A stretch of DNA of 64,000 nt from the NCBI GenBank assembly GCA_963748015.1, contig CAVVHE010000009.1:320001-384000 (forward strand). Reading direction: 5' to 3'. The stretch comes from Terriglobia bacterium. Its GTDB lineage: Bacteria > Acidobacteriota > Polarisedimenticolia > Polarisedimenticolales > JAIQFR01. The notes under the pieces were generated by a model. The model had not been told where the DNA came from, did no database searches, and saw only the letters and a list, made by a program, of their open reading frames with translations. Position numbers and translations under genes: made by a program. This document shows, piece after piece, positions 40,708 to 49,293 of the stretch (the stretch's first letter is position 1; each line of letters starts with the position of its first letter).

Positions 40708-41297
40708 CGGCGCCTCCCCTCGCGCACCCAGTACGGGTGACCGTGGACGGTCTTCCGGGAAACGGCCCCTTCCGCGACGAGGTCGCGGAGCTCGATGAGA
40801 AAGCGCGCGAGACGGCGGTCGCGGTCGCCGAGCACGATTCCCTCGCGGGCGACCTCGAGCCAGATCCCGCCGGCATCGCTTGCGGACGCCGGAAGCGCCA
40901 CGAACTGGGGAGAGACGCGACGGTCGTCGCTCCTCCCTCCCGACGTCACGATCTCGTCCCACCGATCGTAGAGCGAGCGCTCGATCCGCGTCCCGGGCTC
41001 GAGCACGACTAGGAGATCGACGTCGGAGACGGCCGTCGCATCGCCTCTCGCCGCCGAGCCGAAGAGGGCGACACCCACGAGCTCGCCGGCCCACGAGCGC
41101 TCCACGGCGTCGAGCAAGCCCGGCTCGACCCCGGCCGTTCGGCGGACCGGCGAAGCCGCTGCCGGGGCGAGGCCCTCGTCGAGCAGGCGAACGCACAGCG
41201 CATTCAGGGACATGCCTCGATCCCGCGCACGGTCCCGCAGCCGCCGATGCAGCTCGGGCGGCACCCGGACGACGAACCTGCCGGAAAGATCGCTCAC
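40704..41297 (-). CDS. HicB/Arc-like ribbon-helix-helix domain fused to a minimal nucleotidyltransferase (MNT antitoxin)
   Basis: SGRFVVRVPPELHRRL..GMSLNALC (RHH) and LFGSAARG..SDVDLL (GS-x10-DxD). Confidence 0.85.
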   Translation of the reverse strand: MSDLSGRFVVRVPPELHRRLRDRARDRGMSLNALCVRLLDEGLAPAAASPVRRTAGVEPGLLDAVERSWAGELVGVALFGSAARGDATAVSDVDLLVVLEPGTRIERSLYDRWDEIVTSGGRSDDRRVSPQFVALPASASDAGGIWLEVAREGIVLGDRDRRLARFLIELRDLVAEGAVSRKTVHGHPYWVREGRRR

Positions 41298-41332
41298 GAA
41301 ATGATACTACAATGATACTATCATCGTGTCAA
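41298..41332 (-). promoter_or_regulatory. Promoter and operator of the TA operon, probably giving a leaderless mRNA
   Basis: TTGACA (41332-41327), 17 bp, TAGTAT (41309-41304), 6 nt, then GTG. AATGATACTA occurs twice as a direct repeat, and the palindrome ATGATACTATCAT lies in the spacer. Confidence 0.75.
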
Positions 41333-41652
41333 GCGGTACCACCGCAAGAGGGAGGCTCGCCGCCACCGGGTCCGCGGGCGAGCAGGAGGGTCGTCGTCTG
41401 CGTTTCTGCGGAGATGAGTACTCGAACGGCGCATGGCGGACGCGAGATCGTGGAATGTGCGTCGGTGAGCCGAATCTCCCGGAAAGGGTGTCATAACCGG
41501 TCACCCTGTCTCGGATCACGTCGACAAGGCGCGCTTCCTTCGCGGCGCGGGGGAGCGAGACGCTACCCCACAATCTCGCGTCCACCCCGCGGAAGGCGAG
41601 GTGGTGATCGACGGCGTATGATCCCCTTCCTGTTGGAGAACCCGAGCAAACC

Positions 41653-42441
41653 ATGCGGACGGCTCGATGGATCGCTCGCATCGCCTTGTCGCTCGCGGCT
41701 TCGGCCGGCTTGGCGATGGCAGAGGCGCCGGCCTGTCCGTTCTCGCGATCCAAGCCGTGCATCGTCGATCTTCACGGCCCGGGAGCTCCGTCCGCAAGCG
41801 CCGAGTGCGAATCCCCCGAGTGGAAGAAGATCCTGACCTTCACGCTCCCCGGACGCATCCAGGACGCCAACGGCGACGGGTGGAGCGAGACGGTGATGGA
41901 GGTCGAGCTCGATCCGACGGCCGGCTGCGGGTGCGCGACCTTTCGCGTGTACTTCGAGGAGCCCGTGCGCTCTTTCTCCGTCAACATCGGCGATTCTCCG
42001 ACGAACAACGGCTACGGGGGCGACGAGGGAACGACCTTTCGCGAGGCCGAGATGGAGCTCAGGGGCTCGACGCTGCGTGTCTATTCGGCTTCGAAGCACC
42101 CCGGATCGGGCATCGTCGACAAGATCCTGGAGATGGAGCTGCCACGACTCTCCGGCCGGTTCACGGATATCGAGGTCTGCGATCAGTCCCTGGGCTTCTC
42201 GATGCCGGGCGGTCTCGCGGACGGGCGGGAGATGCACTGGAAGGTCCAGACACCCACCTCCGGGATGCTGTACGACCTGTTTCCCCGGACCGCGCGGGAT
42301 GCACTTCCCGGCGCGAAGAAACGGGACGCGGGAATCTACGCTGCCTTCAACCGCGTCATCCACGACAAGTCGGGATCTCCGCGGCCCGCGACCCGCTTCG
42401 GAACCGGCGTCCGGCGCATCGAGGTGCGCCTCTCGCCGTGA
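41653..42441 (+). CDS. Hypothetical secreted protein
   Basis: Signal peptide (..GLAMA). Globular beta-rich composition with several cysteines. No family recognised. Confidence 0.65.
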   Translation: MRTARWIARIALSLAASAGLAMAEAPACPFSRSKPCIVDLHGPGAPSASAECESPEWKKILTFTLPGRIQDANGDGWSETVMEVELDPTAGCGCATFRVYFEEPVRSFSVNIGDSPTNNGYGGDEGTTFREAEMELRGSTLRVYSASKHPGSGIVDKILEMELPRLSGRFTDIEVCDQSLGFSMPGGLADGREMHWKVQTPTSGMLYDLFPRTARDALPGAKKRDAGIYAAFNRVIHDKSGSPRPATRFGTGVRRIEVRLSP

Positions 42442-42457
42442 GGAGGTCCGGACCTGC

Positions 42458-45274
42458 TCATTCTCCGAGGGTGGCCATCCACACGTCACGGCCTGTTGAC
42501 GAGAGCACCTCGTAAAGAGTGCCGCCGTCGCGAGACAAACCGATCGAGCCGGCCAGATCGCTCGGCTCCACTCCTTGGATTACCGTCGCCTCGCCGGTGA
42601 CGACGTCGAGCGCCAGCACCTTCCTGCCATCGATGAAGAGCAGTCTCCGACCGCCCGGCATCCACAAGGGATCCCGCCCCGACCTCGTCAGCCGTCTGTA
42701 CCGCCGATCGCGGGTCGAGTAGACCGCGATCCCTCCCATGGTGCCGGCGATCTCGTTCCCGTCCGCGGACCAGGACCATGGCACGAAGGCAGGCTCTCCC
42801 GGCCCGGGGGCCGGGAGCGGCTCGACCGCGCTCTCCTCCGAGCGCGCGCTTTCTCGGGCCAAGTACGCGCCTTGACCGGGCGAGCTGAACGCGATGGTCT
42901 TCCCGTCCGGCGACCAGACGGGTTTCAGCGCGTCCCCGTGCGGCGCCCCCGCGTATCGCCTGAGCTCCGAGCCGTCCGGCCGGATCGTCCAGATCGCCAT
43001 GGTCCCGTCGCGATCCGAATGGAACGCGATCCGGTCGCCGAGTGGCGACCACCGCGGAGCGCCGTCCCGAAAGGGATCGTCCGTGAGAAACCGCGGTTCG
43101 AGGCTCCCGTCCGAGGTCATCACCGCGATGTCTTCCTGAGGCGACAGCGCCTGCGCGACCAGGATCCGCCCGTCCGGGGAAGGATCGGGTGAGAGGATCA
43201 CCGCCGGGTGGCGGGGAAACGCAACCGCCGGGCCCGCCGGCGCGACTCGGGCCGGGTCGAGAGGCACTCGATGCAACCGTCCCTGCTCGGCCGTTTCCAG
43301 GACCACGAGGCGCCGGCCGTCGGCGGACATCGAGGAGAAGAACTCCTTGGCGAAGGCGGCGGTCGAGACGGCCACGGGGGCGCCGAGCGGGCGGCCGGTG
43401 GATTCCTCCACGCCGATGCTCCACAGGCCCAGTCGGCCGTTCCTCTCGCTGCCGAACAGCAACCGCGTGCCGCCCGAGGCCCACACGGGACTCCAGTCGG
43501 GCTCGGCGTCATCCGTGACGTGCAGGAGTCCGCCGCCGTCGGGAGCCACGGTCCACAGGTCGGTCTGGCCTCCGCTCAGCGAGGTGAAGGCGATCCGGGA
43601 GCCATGGGGGGACCAGGATGGAGCGGTGACGTTCATGTTGCGAAGAGTCCGGACCCGTCTCGATCCGAGGTTGACCACCGCGAGCCGACCGGCCTCTCCG
43701 TGGGAAACGGGACTCGAATCGACGCCTGACTTGTAAGCGACGGCGATCTCCCGGCCGTCCGGCGACCACGAGAGCGCTCCGGTCGGGGAGGGGATCGTGC
43801 GCAGCGTCCCATCGGCGAGGCTCGCCAACGCGAGCGCCGGACGCCCGTCCTGGGTGGTGCCGAACGCGACGCTCCGTCCGTCCGGAGAAATCGCGGGAGT
43901 GCTTCCCTCGGGCCTACCGCAGCTCAGGCAGGAGGGCTCGCCCGAGGGGAGATCCTGCACGTAGACGTCCCATCTTGTCGAACCGGTTCGCGACATGTAG
44001 GCCAGCCTGCTCCCGTCCGGCGCGATCGAGAGCAGCGCTTTCTGGAGCGGGGTGTGATTGACGAGAGTGAAGACGAGAGGCGAGGCGATCGGCGCGACGG
44101 CGGGGTGCAGGGGTTCCCGCGAGGGGCGCCACCTCGAAGCGATCAGGATTACTCCCGCAAGAGCCACAGCGCCGGCGGCCAAGAGCGCCATGCGCGTCCT
44201 CGTCACGACTCTTCCGGCACGCCCGGGGGCCGCGGCGAGCGCCTCGCCCCTCGCGAAACGCGCGAGGTCGTCCACCAGCTCCGACGCGCGCTGATAGCGC
44301 TCCTCGGGGCGCCGCGCCATCGCGCGCTCGCAGATTCGGACCAGCGCGGTGGGTACGTCCGGGCGGCGCTCTGCCAACGTCGCGGGCGGTCCCGCCAGGA
44401 CCCGCGCGAGGACGGCCGAAGGGATGCCCGGGTCGTACGGGCCGCGCCCGCACAGAACGGCGTAGAGGACCGCGCCCAGGCTGTAGATATCGCTCCGGCG
44501 GTCGGGCGGCGCGCCGAGAGCCTGCTCCGGGGGGATGTAGGCCGGTGTGCCGAGCACGTGGTGGGGCAGCGTGAAGGACTCGGCCAACACCTCGTGAACG
44601 AGACCGAAGTCGGTCAGGCGCGGCCGCCCATCCGCTCCGAGCAGTACGTTCTCGGGCTTGATGTCCCGGTGGATGAGCCCCTCTCCGTGCGCGTAATCGA
44701 GCGCGCCGCCCACCTCGGCGACGAGACCCGCCGCGCGGCGCGGCTCGATGGGCCCGCGCGCGAGCTCCTCGGCCAGCGAGCATCCCTCGACGAGCTCCAT
44801 CGCGAAGTAGAGGACCCCTTCCGCCCGGCCGCTCGTGATCACGGAGACGATCCCGGGATGCCGGAGCCGGCCGGCGGCGCGGGCTTCCCGCAGGAATCGC
44901 ACCGCGAGCCGCTCGTCGAGCGCCGCGCCGGCCGGGAGGATCTTCAGCGCGACCCGCCGGTCGAGCGACTCCTGATGGGCCTCGAAAACGACCCCCATAC
45001 CTCCGCGGCCGATCTCGCGCACGAGCCGGAATTCGCCGAGCCGCTCGCCGCCCGGCAAATTGGGCGCGAGCGCGTCGTCCACCGCGCGCGCCTCCTGCGC
45101 CATCGGCTCGGCCAGCTCGCGCGCCACCATGCCGCTGTCAACGAGCGCGTCGACGAGCGAGATGTCGGCGCTCGAGGCCTCCTTGATCCTGGCGCACTTC
45201 TCGATCAGCTCGCGGGAGGCGATACCGCGCGCGACCAGGATCTCGCTCAGGATTCTCTCTTCACGCGAGAGCAT
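42458..45274 (-). CDS. Transmembrane Hanks-type Ser/Thr kinase with a TolB/PD40 beta-propeller
   Basis: Motifs IGRGGMGVVF, VALK, IHRDIKPEN, LTDFGL, GTPAYIPPE and DIYSLG. One TM segment. Repeated WSPDG. Confidence 0.9.
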   Translation of the reverse strand: MLSREERILSEILVARGIASRELIEKCARIKEASSADISLVDALVDSGMVARELAEPMAQEARAVDDALAPNLPGGERLGEFRLVREIGRGGMGVVFEAHQESLDRRVALKILPAGAALDERLAVRFLREARAAGRLRHPGIVSVITSGRAEGVLYFAMELVEGCSLAEELARGPIEPRRAAGLVAEVGGALDYAHGEGLIHRDIKPENVLLGADGRPRLTDFGLVHEVLAESFTLPHHVLGTPAYIPPEQALGAPPDRRSDIYSLGAVLYAVLCGRGPYDPGIPSAVLARVLAGPPATLAERRPDVPTALVRICERAMARRPEERYQRASELVDDLARFARGEALAAAPGRAGRVVTRTRMALLAAGAVALAGVILIASRWRPSREPLHPAVAPIASPLVFTLVNHTPLQKALLSIAPDGSRLAYMSRTGSTRWDVYVQDLPSGEPSCLSCGRPEGSTPAISPDGRSVAFGTTQDGRPALALASLADGTLRTIPSPTGALSWSPDGREIAVAYKSGVDSSPVSHGEAGRLAVVNLGSRRVRTLRNMNVTAPSWSPHGSRIAFTSLSGGQTDLWTVAPDGGGLLHVTDDAEPDWSPVWASGGTRLLFGSERNGRLGLWSIGVEESTGRPLGAPVAVSTAAFAKEFFSSMSADGRRLVVLETAEQGRLHRVPLDPARVAPAGPAVAFPRHPAVILSPDPSPDGRILVAQALSPQEDIAVMTSDGSLEPRFLTDDPFRDGAPRWSPLGDRIAFHSDRDGTMAIWTIRPDGSELRRYAGAPHGDALKPVWSPDGKTIAFSSPGQGAYLARESARSEESAVEPLPAPGPGEPAFVPWSWSADGNEIAGTMGGIAVYSTRDRRYRRLTRSGRDPLWMPGGRRLLFIDGRKVLALDVVTGEATVIQGVEPSDLAGSIGLSRDGGTLYEVLSSTGRDVWMATLGE

Positions 45275-45307
45275 GGAATCGCCTGGGGCCCGATCGCGCC
45301 GCGACCA

Positions 45308-47488
45308 TCAACGCTCGATCGGGCTTCGGTGGCGTCGGGCGGCCCATCGGCCGTCCGCGGCCCCCGGCGACGGCTCGCCGGCGCGAGGTCCGAGATCGAG
45401 ACGCTTGAGCTTCATGTAGAGCGTCGAGCGGTCCACTCCGAGGATCCGCGCCGCCTCGGCCTTGTTTCCCCGGGCCGCCACCATGGCCCGCTCGATCGCG
45501 GCGTCCTCTGCGTCCTGGAGGGTGCCCGCACGGCCCCCGCGCGGGCCGGGCGCGACGCACTCGGGAGGCAGGTGCTCCTCGCCTATCTCGTCCACCCGCA
45601 GGACGGCCAGCCGGCGCAGCACGTTCTGCAGCTCCCGCACGTTGCCGGGCCATGGATAGCCCAGCAGCCGGCGCATGGCCTTCGCCGAGAATCTCGGCGG
45701 AGGGCGATCCGGAACGATCCCCGGCATGAGCTCCGCGATCAGGGCCGGGATGTCGTCGGCCCGCTCGCGAAGCGGAGGAAGCCGCAGGCTCAGAACGTTC
45801 AAGCGGAAGAACAGATCCTGCCGGAACTCGCCCCGGCGGACCATCGAGTCGAGGTCGCGATGCGTCGCGGCGATGATGCGCACGTCCACGTGGATCGTCT
45901 CGCGCCCGCCGACACGTCGCATCTCCCCCGACTGGAGCACGCGCAGTAGGTCGGCCTGCATTCTCGGACTCATGTCCCCGACCTCGTCCAGGAACAGCGT
46001 GCCGCGGTGAGCGATCTCGAACAGGCCCGGCCGGGTCCTCTCGGCGCCCGTGAAAGCCCCGCGCTCGTGACCGAACAGCTCGCTTTCGAGAAGCGTCTCC
46101 GCCATGCCGGCGCAATTGGCCGCGACGAACTCCTTCTTGCGGCGGGGGCCGCGGGAGTGGATGAGGTGGGCGGCCATCTCCTTGCCCGAGCCCGTTTCGC
46201 CGAGGAGGATCACCGGCATCTCGGTCGGGACGATCAGGTCGAGTCTCCTGTAGACCTCCTGCATGGCGTCCGACGCGCCTACGAGACCCTCGTAACGCTG
46301 GCGCCTCTCGTCCTCCGTGTGGTGGCGGCGGATGGTCTCCTCGGCGGCCTCGAGCGCTCGCGTCTTCGCCTGGTGCTCCTTGGCATTGGCGAGAGCCCCC
46401 GCCGACTGCGCCGCGAAGAGGTCGAGGAGCTGAATCGTCGCCTCTGCGAAGACGTGCGAAGGGTCCCTCGTATCGAGATAGAGCACGCCGAAGGCGGCCC
46501 GCTCGTGGACGAGCGGAACGCAGGCGACCGACAGGGCCCCGATCTCGGCGAGGCTGCGGTTGAACGTGGTCTCGGAATAACTGTCGGACACCGACAGCAC
46601 GACGCTCTTCTGCTCCCCTACGACCTTCCGGATGAGGGTGCGGCTCACCTCGAACGAGGGCTGTTCGATCTCGGACCAGTCCAAGTTCTCGGCGAGGGCG
46701 AACTCGTTCTCCTCTCCCTGGACCGTCACGACGAAGCCCCGCTGAGCACCGGCCAACTCGATGGCTTCGTGCAGGACGATGCGCAGCACCTGGTCCGGAT
46801 CGTCCTCGGTCGCTAGCCGCTTGCCGAGCTCGACCAGGCGAAGCAGCGAGCGCCTATCGATCCCGGGATTGCTCGGGGTGCCCGGCTGGGCGGCGTTCGC
46901 GCCTTTCGCCGGGGAAGGGTTGTCGCGCTCGGCGGCCGCCTGTCCTGGTTCCGCGTCGCGGCCACTCCCCCGCATCGACGCGCGGCGCAGCGATTCGACC
47001 TCGTCGGTGATGAGGCGGGACAAGGTGTCGGCGCTCGGTCCCCGGCCCTCCGGCCTCGCTCGAAACGCCTCGATCGCTCGTGACAGGAGGGTCGAGGCGG
47101 TGACGAAATCGCCGTCGTCCCGGGCCAGACGGGCAAGGTCCACCTGGGCCCGCCACGCCGTGTCCCCCCCGGCGGATCCCAGGTCTTCCAGAATCTCCGC
47201 CGCCCGTTCCCGGTAGGCGGGGTCGTTCCGGGCCAACAGGATGCGGGCTCGCAGCAGGTCCCGCGCGCCGCAGGAGCAGCGCCCGGCGTCTGCCGCGTCG
47301 CCCGCGCACGATTCGAGGAGCCGAAGCCCCTCCGCGGCTAGTCCGCGCAGCGCCAGCGAGCACGCCTCCTGCAAGATCAGGTCGTCGTTTGCGTCGGCCA
47401 ATTGTCTTCCCCGCCCGAAGGTTCGACCCGAGGCTAATACGCCAAAGGCGATCGTTTGTCTACCAATTCCTGTGGAGAAATCCTTCAT
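45308..47488 (-). CDS. Sigma-54-dependent activator (helical N-terminus, GAF, AAA+, Fis HTH)
   Basis: Motifs GETGSGKE, ESELFGHERGAFTGA, LFLDEVG, WPGNVREL and GNKAEAARILG. The start is uncertain. Confidence 0.9.
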   Translation of the reverse strand: MKDFSTGIGRQTIAFGVLASGRTFGRGRQLADANDDLILQEACSLALRGLAAEGLRLLESCAGDAADAGRCSCGARDLLRARILLARNDPAYRERAAEILEDLGSAGGDTAWRAQVDLARLARDDGDFVTASTLLSRAIEAFRARPEGRGPSADTLSRLITDEVESLRRASMRGSGRDAEPGQAAAERDNPSPAKGANAAQPGTPSNPGIDRRSLLRLVELGKRLATEDDPDQVLRIVLHEAIELAGAQRGFVVTVQGEENEFALAENLDWSEIEQPSFEVSRTLIRKVVGEQKSVVLSVSDSYSETTFNRSLAEIGALSVACVPLVHERAAFGVLYLDTRDPSHVFAEATIQLLDLFAAQSAGALANAKEHQAKTRALEAAEETIRRHHTEDERRQRYEGLVGASDAMQEVYRRLDLIVPTEMPVILLGETGSGKEMAAHLIHSRGPRRKKEFVAANCAGMAETLLESELFGHERGAFTGAERTRPGLFEIAHRGTLFLDEVGDMSPRMQADLLRVLQSGEMRRVGGRETIHVDVRIIAATHRDLDSMVRRGEFRQDLFFRLNVLSLRLPPLRERADDIPALIAELMPGIVPDRPPPRFSAKAMRRLLGYPWPGNVRELQNVLRRLAVLRVDEIGEEHLPPECVAPGPRGGRAGTLQDAEDAAIERAMVAARGNKAEAARILGVDRSTLYMKLKRLDLGPRAGEPSPGAADGRWAARRHRSPIER

Positions 47489-47658
47489 CGTGGGATTCCC
47501 CCACGCCGATGCGCGTTCCGGTTCCAGCCTGACCCGTGGACAACCGCGAGCCGCGTGGGCAAACCGCCGCACCACAAGTCAAGTGAACAAAGGAGCTACG
47601 CAAGCCGAGTCGGTCCAGGGCGGGCCCCTCGATCGTTCTGGATCGCGTTCCTCGCGAC

Positions 47659-47674
47659 GGGCATGGGCCTTGCG
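47659..47674 (+). promoter_or_regulatory. Putative sigma-54 -24/-12 promoter
   Basis: GGGCATGGGCCTTGCG, with GG (47660-61), N10, GC (47672-73). It is divergent from the activator and ~150 nt upstream of ATG 47825. Confidence 0.55.
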
Positions 47675-47824
47675 GTTGGGAACCTCGGGCGGAACGAAAG
47701 GGTGGCGAACATGCAGGGGAGCTTCGAGCGAATCGGGTCCGATTCCACGCACGGCCGTTTGAGGCGCCGGCAGGTCTCCCGTCTCGCGAGGACCCGTCGA
47801 CGCCCTGCTCCCATGGAAGGGAGG

Positions 47825-49030
47825 ATGGCGAGAACCGCTCGAAGCGTCTTCGCTCGACTCCGCTCTCCGAGCCTCGCGGGTAGCGCGACGTTGGCCGTAG
47901 GAGCCGCCTGGGCACAGGTCCCGCAGGTGATCACGTACCAGGGGCGCCTGTCCCACGCCGGGGGATTGCAGCCGGTCACCGGCTGCCCCGACATGACGTT
48001 TCGCATCTACACCTGGATGAACGGCTCGACCGCGCTCCGGACCGAGCCGTACTCCGGGCCGAGCCGCGTCCAGATCAGGAACGGGGAGCTCGGCATGGAT
48101 TTGGGCAGCCTGGTCACGTTCGCATCGGCGGGGCTCCTCTTCGACCAGCCGTACTACCTGGGGATGCAGATCCTTCCGGACAGCGAGATGAGCCCGCGCA
48201 AGCCCTCTACGAGCGGGGGCTACGCGCTCCACGCGCTGAAGGCGCAGAAGGCGGACCACGCGAGCAAATCGGACCACGCGCAGAAGTCGGATCACGCGAC
48301 CAACTCGGACAACGCGGGGCACGCGAAAAACGCGGACCAGGCTCAGAACGCGGACACGCTCGACTCGACGGCCTTTGCCCGCCTCGCTTCGGCCAACACG
48401 TTCTCGACGGGAACCCAGACGATTCAGACCGTCGCGGGTACCAAGGGTCTGGTGGTGAAGGGCGCCGCGGGCCAGACCGCAGCGCTCCTGGGGTGGCAGG
48501 ATAGCGCCGGAGCCGTGCGCGGCTCCATCAGCGTGGTCGGCCAGATCACGGGATCCGGAACGGCGCTCTCCGACCTCAAAGCGAACCTGCCGTCGAGCGG
48601 AACCCTGTCGGAAGCCCGGCTCGCCGGAACCTACTCCGGGGCCCTCACGCTCTCGAGCGCCGCCAACAGATACGCCGGCAGCGGTGCAGGACCAACGGGG
48701 CTCAGCGCGTCCAACCTCGCGACGGGAACGCTCCCGAGCGCCAGGCTCTCCGGCACCTATTCCAGCGCCGTGACCCTCTCGGACCCGGCGGACAGCTTCA
48801 GCGGGGACGGCTCCCTGCTGACAGGGGTCGTCGCGCTCGTGTTCGTAGATGGAGGCGGTTGGATTGGCCACATCACGAGGGCGGCGGGATTCGGGAGAGC
48901 AACGTCGGCGCGGCTCGGAGGTTGCATGAACGCCAGAAATGCAACGGCGAATCGGTGGAACCGGCCAAGAGCGCGAGGCACCGGCGCGTTCGGCGCGGTC
49001 CTCGTTGGACGAACTCAGGGGGTACGGTGA
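47825..49030 (+). CDS. Secreted tail-fibre/trimeric-fibre-like protein, possibly truncated
   Basis: GGAGG then ATG 47825. N-domain [13 protein letters not shown]. Hexapeptide (A/S)D(H/N/Q)Axx repeats and duplicated GTLxxARLxGTYS. Confidence 0.6.
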   Translation: MARTARSVFARLRSPSLAGSATLAVGAAWAQVPQVITYQGRLSHAGGLQPVTGCPDMTFRIYTWMNGSTALRTEPYSGPSRVQIRNGELGMDLGSLVTFASAGLLFDQPYYLGMQILPDSEMSPRKPSTSGGYALHALKAQKADHASKSDHAQKSDHATNSDNAGHAKNADQAQNADTLDSTAFARLASANTFSTGTQTIQTVAGTKGLVVKGAAGQTAALLGWQDSAGAVRGSISVVGQITGSGTALSDLKANLPSSGTLSEARLAGTYSGALTLSSAANRYAGSGAGPTGLSASNLATGTLPSARLSGTYSSAVTLSDPADSFSGDGSLLTGVVALVFVDGGGWIGHITRAAGFGRATSARLGGCMNARNATANRWNRPRARGTGAFGAVLVGRTQGVR

Positions 49031-49293
49031 TGCGCTCATCTCGACTCGGTCGCGAATTCGAGGGATCGTCGCGAAGGCCCCGCCGCTCGGGAAGCTGGGG
49101 TCGTTCGAGTATCGCGGAGCTGGGAACACGAGGGACCAGCCACGAGGGAATGACGCGATTTTTCGTGATTCTCGAGGATGGATCGAGGGTCAACGGCGGG
49201 TTGGAAGCGCCGTCCGTTCGGCATGCCGCGTGGCTCGGAATCCCCTCGCCCCGCTCGGTGGGAGGACGAGACGATCCCACGAAGGGGCCAATC

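Noticed and set aside
47560..47625. c-di-GMP-I riboswitch (GGGCAAACC...ACGCAAGCC)
   Set aside because: There is no GNRA-capped P2 stem at the right spacing and no convincing P3. The resemblance is only partial.
47825..49030. Prophage, suggested by the tail-fibre-like gene
   Set aside because: There are no capsid, terminase, portal, integrase or lysis genes, and the protein has a cellular secreted-type N-terminus.
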